A stretch of DNA of 64,000 nucleotides, taken from Dehalococcoidia bacterium (lineage in GTDB: Bacteria > Chloroflexota > Dehalococcoidia > Lucifugimonadales > Australimonadaceae). The translations under genes and the position numbers were made by a program. The stretch covers positions 1,276,594-1,340,593 of the forward strand of contig OZ244813.1 in NCBI GenBank assembly GCA_965220225.1, given 5' to 3'. A model generated the notes under the pieces. The model was given only the letters and a program-made list of their open reading frames with translations, did no database searches and was not told the DNA's origin. Position 1 is the first letter of the stretch. Every line of letters starts with the position of its first letter. Positions 57,932-64,000 of the stretch are shown here, in pieces.

Positions 57932-58633
57932 CTAGCCGCCAGCGACGGGTTTCGGTGGGCGCGGAGGGGTGATGCGGGGAGAGCGCAGGTAGCGCGGGGC
58001 GATGGCCGTTGCGCCGGTTGCCTCACCCGATGCCAGGAGCGCGGCGCCGAGCTCCGCAGCCCCCGAGAGCCGCGCCATCGGCGCGGACTCGGTCACGGAC
58101 CGCGCGTCCGCGCCCAGGCGCTCGCGGAGCGCATCAGCGACGTCCGCCGTCGACTCGCCGCAGAAGAGCGTCGGGCCGGACTGCCCGGCGGCGAACTCGT
58201 CGATGGGAGAGACCTGCTCCTCGCTCAGCGCGCCCCACGGGCCGCCGGTCGTGCCGTAGACGGCCCAGGCGACCGTCCCCCTGCCTGCGGGCAGGACCGC
58301 GCAGACGCGCTCCGCCGTCGCGCGGTAGGGGTAGGCGGACGCCTCCAGCGTGCTCACTCCTGCGACCGGGAGGCCCCAGGCGACGGCCAGCCCCTTCGCG
58401 ACGCCGATGCCGGTGCGCAGGGCGCTGAACCCGCCCGGTCCGACGCTGACGGCGATGCCGTCCAGCGCGTCCGGCGCGATGCTTTCCGCTTCCGTGAGCC
58501 ATCGCACCGCAGGCATGAGCTCGGCCGTGTGGTTGTTGCGGGAGCGCCATGAGACGACACGCGCCAACCCGTCCCGCCACAGGCCCACCGCTCCGTAGCG
58601 CGTGGAGGTGTCGATCACCAGGTATGCCGTCAT
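57932..58633 (-). CDS. tsaB: tRNA t6A biosynthesis protein TsaB
   Basis: LVIDTS, NHTAELMP, GPGGFSALRTG, P.YLR. Confidence 0.93.
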   Translation of the reverse strand: MTAYLVIDTSTRYGAVGLWRDGLARVVSWRSRNNHTAELMPAVRWLTEAESIAPDALDGIAVSVGPGGFSALRTGIGVAKGLAVAWGLPVAGVSTLEASAYPYRATAERVCAVLPAGRGTVAWAVYGTTGGPWGALSEEQVSPIDEFAAGQSGPTLFCGESTADVADALRERLGADARSVTESAPMARLSGAAELGAALLASGEATGATAIAPRYLRSPRITPPRPPKPVAGG

Positions 58634-59103
58634 CCGGCCTCCCCCTGCAGAGCGTCGATGAGCTGCACGTAGCGCGCGCCGTGCGGCTCGAGGGTGAATA
58701 CGCGGGAGTCGGGCGCCTCCCCGAAGGCGATGCCCACCGCGAGGTGCTCGTCCGGGAAGACGGCCTGCGCCTGCTCGGGCCATTCCACGACGCACGCTCC
58801 TTCGTCCAGCATCTCGCCGAACGCCAGGTCGTCGATCTCGAGGTCGCCGCCGTCCATCCGGAAGAGGTCCACGTGGTAGACGGGGATCCGTCCCTGGTAC
58901 TCGTGCACGAGCACGAACGTGGGGCTGTGCGCGTAGCCGGTCACGCCGGCGCCCCACGCGACGCCCTGCGTGAGCGTCGTCTTGCCCGCGCCGAGCGTTC
59001 CGCGCAGCAGGTAGAGGTCGCCGGGCTCCGCCAGGGCCCCGAGCCTGCGCCCGAGCGCCTGGGTCTCCTCGGTGCTGTGGGTCTCGAACCGGACGTTGTT
59101 CAT
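58630..59103 (-). CDS. tsaE: tRNA t6A biosynthesis ATPase TsaE
   Basis: GTLGAGKTT, SPTFVLVHEY, YHVDLFR, VEWPE. Confidence 0.95.
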   Translation of the reverse strand: MNNVRFETHSTEETQALGRRLGALAEPGDLYLLRGTLGAGKTTLTQGVAWGAGVTGYAHSPTFVLVHEYQGRIPVYHVDLFRMDGGDLEIDDLAFGEMLDEGACVVEWPEQAQAVFPDEHLAVGIAFGEAPDSRVFTLEPHGARYVQLIDALQGEAG

Positions 59104-60092
59104 CGCAGGTGCTCCCATCCGTCGACGCCGAAGGAGAGCGGCTCGCCGTGGCCGGCGAAGAGCGTGACCGCGCCCGGCGCTCCCGCAACGACATCGCCTA
59201 TGACCGTACTGCCGGGGATATCGGCAACCGCAGAACCGACGACGTCGGCCGGTCCGGCGAACAGCAGTTCGTAGTCCTCGCCGCCCCCCAGCGCCAGCCG
59301 CAGCGCATCCGGGCGGAACTCGCTCCGCAGCGCATCTGCCACGGGCACCTGCTCGACCTCGATCCGCGCCGCAACGCCCGATGCCTTCGCGAGTTTCGGG
59401 AGGTCGGCTGCGAGGCCGTCGGACAGGTCCATCGCGCAGCGGACGCCCACGCGGCTGAGCATGGCGCCCGCGTCCGTCCGCGCGGCGGGCCTGCGGTGCG
59501 CCAGCGCGAGCGCCTCCCGGGCAGGGGTGTCCAGCGCGACTCCGTTCTCCAGCAGCATCAGCCCTCCGCGGGACGCGCCGAGCGGGCCGGTGACGGCGAG
59601 CGCGTCGCCCGGCCGGGCCGCCGACCTCGTGAGCGGGGTGGCGCTGCACACGCCGGTCATGGCGATGGTAACGAACGGCACGGGTGAACCGACGATGTCC
59701 CCGCCCATCAGCTCGGTCCCGTAGACGGCGCACGCTTCCAGCATGCCGTCGTACAGCGCGTCGACGTCGCTCACCTCCAGCTCCGGGGGCAGACCGAGCG
59801 TCACGAGACCCGCGAACGGCGTCCCGCCCATGGCGGCGATGTCGCTCACGTTGGAGACCCACGCCTTCCAGCCCACGTCCGCCCACGACGTCGTGGACGT
59901 ACGGAAGTGGACGCCCTCCACCATCGTGTCGGTCGTGGCCGCCTGTATGCCGCCGACGCGCCACGCCGCAGCGTCGTCGCCGATGCCGGTGATGACGCGT
60001 CCGCCCAGCCCCTGAAGCGGGCTACCGCGGCGCACGCGTTCGGTGATCCGCTCGATGAGCGCCGTCTCGCCAAGTTCTCCGACGGTGGTCAT
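59100..60092 (-). CDS. thiL: Thiamine-monophosphate kinase
   Basis: GE..LI, GIGDDAA, EGVHF, NVSDIAAMGG, MDLSDGL, GGEDYELLF, GWEH. Confidence 0.95.
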   Translation of the reverse strand: MTTVGELGETALIERITERVRRGSPLQGLGGRVITGIGDDAAAWRVGGIQAATTDTMVEGVHFRTSTTSWADVGWKAWVSNVSDIAAMGGTPFAGLVTLGLPPELEVSDVDALYDGMLEACAVYGTELMGGDIVGSPVPFVTIAMTGVCSATPLTRSAARPGDALAVTGPLGASRGGLMLLENGVALDTPAREALALAHRRPAARTDAGAMLSRVGVRCAMDLSDGLAADLPKLAKASGVAARIEVEQVPVADALRSEFRPDALRLALGGGEDYELLFAGPADVVGSAVADIPGSTVIGDVVAGAPGAVTLFAGHGEPLSFGVDGWEHLR

Positions 60093-60153
60093 GGGGGCAT
60101 TATCGCAAATCCGCCGCAGAGGGGCGGGGCGTATACTGGTGTGCAGGGACACC

Positions 60154-61644
60154 ATGTCACGACTCTCCCTCACGATCCTGCTCGCCGCTGCCTTCCTTGT
60201 TGCAGGGTGCACCTCGACGGCCTACACGCCCGAGCCTCCCACACCGACCCCGACGCCCACGCCGGCCCCCGCGCCGACGAACACGCCCGCCCCCGTCTCC
60301 GCCTCCACGCCGGAGCCCTCCTACGACCCCAACAACACGATGTGGCGGATCTTCAGCGGCCTCGACCAGACGTTCGAAGGAACGCAGACCGCTCTCGCCG
60401 ACGCCATTGCCGAGAACGACGTCTCGCAGGTGCCCATCATCGTCGAGATCATGCGTTTCGGGGCAGCGCCGGCGGTGCTGGAGGAGTACCGGAACGCGCT
60501 CGTGCGCCTCACCGGGCAGGACTTCTGGCTCGATCCGCCCGCGTGGAACGCGGCGATGGAGTGGCTCGGGCCCCGCAGGGACGAGTTCCCTCCGCCGGAC
60601 GACTACCTGGACTGGAAGGTGAACCTCCTCGGGCTGATCGACCCGCGCATGGCGGCGTTCTTCAGCGCCGTGCCAGGCTCGGAGCGCATCGACCTCACGG
60701 AAGCCGTCTGGGGCGGCGTGCCCACCGACGGCATACCCGACCTGCAGTTCGCGCCCACGCTGACGCCGGACGAGGCGGACTACCTGGACCCGCGCGACCG
60801 CGTCTTCGGCGTCTCCATCAACGGCGAGCACCGCGCCTATCCGCTGCGCATCATGAACCCGCACGAGATGGCGAACGATACGTTAGGAGGCGAGCCGATA
60901 GCGCTCGCCTACTGAACGCTCTGCTTCAGCGGAATCGTGTATTCCGCAAAGATAGACGGGGAGCCCACCACGTTCGGCACGTCCGGCATGCTCTACCAGA
61001 GCAACAAGCTGATGTACGACCGCACGACGAACTCGATATGGAACCAGTTCACCGGCGAGCCCGTCGTCGGCCCGCTGGCGGACAGCGGCATCAAGCTCGA
61101 CTTCTTCCCGTCCGTGCTGACGACGTGGGAGGAGTGGCTCGCGGAGCATCCCGACACAACTGTTCTGAACGTCGAGACGGGCGTCTACTCGCCGGCCGTC
61201 TACGCACACGAATGGGAGCCCAACGCCATCTACTTCGACTACTTCTCGTCGCCACGGACGATGTTCCCCGTCTTCAACCGGGACGAGGCGCTCCTTCCCA
61301 AGGAGACGGTCATCGGCGTGAGGATCGGCGGCGCCTACAAGGCGTACCCCGTCTCCGCGTTCGAGAACGAGCCCGTCATCAACGACACGGTGGGCGGCCA
61401 GGAGCTGGTCATCGTCGGCTCCAGCGTCTGGGGAACGGGGAGGGTGTACGAGCGGGATGGACGGACGTTCGCCGAGGAGGGCGACAGCCTGCGGGACTCG
61501 GACGGGGCGCTGTGGTCCATCGGCGAAGAGGCGCTGGCCCTCGTGGACGGCGCCGAGACGCTGGCGCGCATCCCCTCGATAACGTCGTTCTGGCACGGGT
61601 GGTTCTCGTTCCACCCGGACACCGACCGGTACGAGGGAGGCTAG
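60154..61644 (+). CDS. DUF3179-type lipoprotein, probable selenoprotein (UGA 60913-60915 = Sec254, UxxC)
   Basis: Lipobox LVAGC; DGIP, RAYP..IMNPHEMAND, then Y-UGA-TLC in frame with FGTSG.LY.SN.LMYDR.T.S.W.Q; ...FW.GWFSFHPDT. Confidence 0.85.
60929..60947 (+). promoter_or_regulatory. Putative bacterial SECIS hairpin
   Basis: GCGGAAT-CGTGT-ATTCCGC, 13 nt after the in-frame UGA. Confidence 0.65.
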
Positions 61645-61663
61645 CCGCCACCCCGCCCCCCAA

Positions 61664-61791
61664 CCCTCACCCCAGCCCTCTCCCGCCATCGGGAGAGGGA
61701 GCCGAACACCCACGCCCCGCTGCACCGGGTTCAGCATGGAACGCTCTCCGAGAGATTCCTCGACTACGCCTGCGGCTCCGCTCGGAATGAC
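61664..61791. repeat. REP-like palindromes
   Basis: CCCTCACCCCAGCCCTCTCCC-gccatc-GGGAGAGGG and CCGAGAGATTCCTCGACTACG..CGCTCGGAATGAC. Confidence 0.65.
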
Positions 61792-62030
61792 AACTTCCCG
61801 CACCCATCGTCCCGTCCGCCAGGGTATGCGAGAGCCGTAAAAGAGGAAGAAGGCGGGTTTCCCCGCCGTTCATTCCTCGGCCAGCGTGTCCGGCACACCT
61901 TTTAGCCGTCGCTCCTCTGCGTATCTAGGGCGGAGCCACCCATGTCCGTGCCGGTGTTCGCTTCGATACCCATACTACCGGCAGAGTGTTGCGTCTCCGT
62001 TACACGAACGTTAAGGGAGTGTTACGGCTT

Positions 62031-63302
62031 TCAGGCTGCGCCCACGTACATCTTCTGCATGAGCGCGTCCTGCCAGCGGACGCTGTCGGGGAGCACCTCT
62101 TCTATCGCGCGGATGTGGTAGTAGGAGTCGTTCGCGCCCAGGGGCGTGCCGCCGTCCTCCATCGTTCGTATGGCCTGCATGAGCATCTTGCGCGTCGTGA
62201 TGACGGCGCGGTCGGTCTGGCCGAGGTGCTCCTGGCTGCGGTCGACGATGGGGCCCATCGCCTCCTGCACGGCCCGGTCCTGCGAGTTGATGCCCGCGAT
62301 GCCCGTGAACGTGTCCGTGCGCTGGAGTTCGCGGTCGATCATCCAGTCGTTGCGCGGATTGCGGATGCTGCGCCACGTCGTCTGGTCGACGTAGTCGGGG
62401 CCGTTGCCGTTCGCGAGCTCGTCGCGCTCGGCCTGCGTGAGCGGTTCGTCCAGCGTGTAGAACCAGTTCCAGACCATCGTGTTCTCGTCGTCCATCGGCA
62501 CCCAGTGATGGCCCGCGATCTTGAACTTGAACCAGGAGCCGTCGTTGTTCAGCTGCGCCGCGCGGATCTGGATGTGGGGCATCACGAAGTGATAGGTGCG
62601 GACGTAGTTGGCGTCCTCGCCGGGGAGCGCGCGTATCGAGCCGTAGCGGTAGCCGTAGTCAGTCGTCTCGACCTCCAGCTTGGAAGCGGTCCCCTTCGCG
62701 CGCAGGCCGTCCAGGCCTATCTCACCGCCCGTTCCGAACTTCCTGTGGAGGAAAGATGAGTGAACGGAGTCGATGCCGCCTTCCAGCGCCTGCAGCCAGT
62801 TGCACTCCTCGATGACCTTGGACGCGTGCCGGTGCGTCTGCGGCTGTCGTGTGAACTCGAACGAGGGCTCCGGAGGCGTCTGCTCCTTCGGGCCCATGTA
62901 CGTCCAGATGACGCCGCCCAATTCCACGGTGGGGTAGGCGGTGATGCGCACCTTGCGGCTGAAGTCGTACTGCGCCGGCTCGTTCGGCATGTCGACGCAT
63001 GCGCCGTCCACGTCGAACTTCCAGCCGTGGTAGACGCAGCGGATGCCGTTCTCCTCGTTGCGACCCAGCCAGAGCGACGTGAGGCGGTGGGGGCACCACT
63101 CGTTCAGCAGGCCGACGCGGCCGGACGTGTCGCGGAAGGCGACGAGGTCCTCGCCGAGGATGCGGATGCGGAGAGGGTCGCAGTCCGGGTGCGGCAACTC
63201 GTTGGAGATGAGGACGGGCTGCCAGTAGCGGCGCATCAGCTCGCCCATCGGCGTGCCCGGCCCCACGCGGGTGAGACGTTCGTTGTCCTTGGTCGAAAGC
63301 AT
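62031..63302 (-). CDS. Rieske non-heme iron oxygenase alpha subunit (phthalate 4,5-dioxygenase/LigXa-like)
   Basis: GPGTPMGELMRRYW, CPHR..CVYHGWKFD, NWLQALEGGIDSVHSSFLH, QDRAVQE.MGPIVDRSQEHLG. Confidence 0.93.
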   Translation of the reverse strand: MLSTKDNERLTRVGPGTPMGELMRRYWQPVLISNELPHPDCDPLRIRILGEDLVAFRDTSGRVGLLNEWCPHRLTSLWLGRNEENGIRCVYHGWKFDVDGACVDMPNEPAQYDFSRKVRITAYPTVELGGVIWTYMGPKEQTPPEPSFEFTRQPQTHRHASKVIEECNWLQALEGGIDSVHSSFLHRKFGTGGEIGLDGLRAKGTASKLEVETTDYGYRYGSIRALPGEDANYVRTYHFVMPHIQIRAAQLNNDGSWFKFKIAGHHWVPMDDENTMVWNWFYTLDEPLTQAERDELANGNGPDYVDQTTWRSIRNPRNDWMIDRELQRTDTFTGIAGINSQDRAVQEAMGPIVDRSQEHLGQTDRAVITTRKMLMQAIRTMEDGGTPLGANDSYYHIRAIEEVLPDSVRWQDALMQKMYVGAA

Positions 63303-63374
63303 CCTGGCTTCCTCGCATGATCCCTGAATTCCGGATGGTTGTACGCCTCGCGAGGCGGGCCTGTCAACGCGTCG

Positions 63375-64000
63375 CTATGCCGTGTTGCAGAGCAGACGGA
63401 GGAACGCTGTGACGTCCGGTACGTCGTCGAGGCGCTCCGTCATGTCGATGACCTCGTTGAGCGTTGCTTCGCTGAGCGGCGTCCCGGCGTGGACGGCGCA
63501 GTCGCGGAACTTCCGGTGTCGCTGCTCGTCCGTGAGCGGGTTGTCGCGGTGACCCCGGGGCGCGTCCACGCGTTCGGACAGCGTCTCGCCACTCGCGAGC
63601 GTCACCTCAACGACGCCGGACCTGCCGAGCGATTCGTCCACCTCGTAGTCGGTCAGGTTCGCGACGCGCAGGCACGACTCCTCGAACAGTCCCTGCGGCG
63701 TGGGCTGGAGGTCGGCCAGCGTCACGTTGCCGGTGGTGAGCGCCCGCGCCGTGGCGAAGATGATGGAGTCTTCCGCCTCCACGGGGGCCTGCGGGTTGCG
63801 CCGCGTCTGCAGCGGCTCGCAGAACGTCTGCATGTGCGGCTCGCCGCGCAGCAGCACGCGGGTGATGGCGGACGGGTCGCGCACACGTGTCGCACACAGG
63901 TTCGCGGCAGCCTCGATGAACACGTGCGCGACGCCGGTAGTGGGCCACGGCTTGATGCCCACGTTCAGGAGGCGCCACTCTTCGCCGAGACCGTCGCTCA
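63375..64000 (-). CDS. MmgE/PrpD family protein, C-terminal part (cut by window edge)
   Basis: 'IKPWP....H', 'P....EA..S', 'PRGH.DNPL.......KFRDC'. Confidence 0.8.
   Translation of the reverse strand, partial: SDGLGEEWRLLNVGIKPWPTTGVAHVFIEAAANLCATRVRDPSAITRVLLRGEPHMQTFCEPLQTRRNPQAPVEAEDSIIFATARALTTGNVTLADLQPTPQGLFEESCLRVANLTDYEVDESLGRSGVVEVTLASGETLSERVDAPRGHRDNPLTDEQRHRKFRDCAVHAGTPLSEATLNEVIDMTERLDDVPDVTAFLRLLCNTA

Noticed and set aside
1..64000. tRNA, rRNA, integrase or transposase genes
   Set aside because: None recognised by eye; a tRNAscan/Infernal run would be needed to exclude them formally

Overview
GC-rich bacterial chromosomal segment, most likely Chloroflexota (Dehalococcoidia/SAR202-like). 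This is an inference from the AGAAC-N4-GTTCT LexA box, a T-box riboswitch, DAK2/DegV, and Rieske/MmgE/cupin genes. Most of the window is housekeeping: Gld-like ABC transporter genes, copA, htpX, lexA, rpsT, a Leu T-box-controlled ilvBNC-leuACDB operon, trpA-aroH-DAHP synthase-ribF-tyrS, gyrA-thrB-lysC, rpmB, DAK2/DegV, mnmA-rnhB-yraN, rsfS, ndk and thiL-tsaE-tsaB. Main observations: (1) a dispersed, apparently non-coding ~300-350 bp element with its own promoter, tandem palindromes and a conserved hairpin core inside sequence-variable stems (two long copies plus two promoter-only copies); (2) a DUF3179 lipoprotein split by an in-frame UGA in a UxxC motif with a SECIS-like hairpin (probable selenoprotein); (3) a decayed VapBC-type module with its own promoter and operator inside the leu operon; (4) rnhB with no canonical start codon, in frame with the mnmA UGA; (5) tandem NrdR-like boxes before gyrA; (6) an islet of small genes, including a GIY-YIG gene, bracketed by inverted REP-like repeats; (7) a double 7-bladed RCC1-like surface lipoprotein; (8) a candidate Phe/Tyr leader peptide before the DAHP synthase. 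All protein calls come from motif recognition by eye; no database searches were run.
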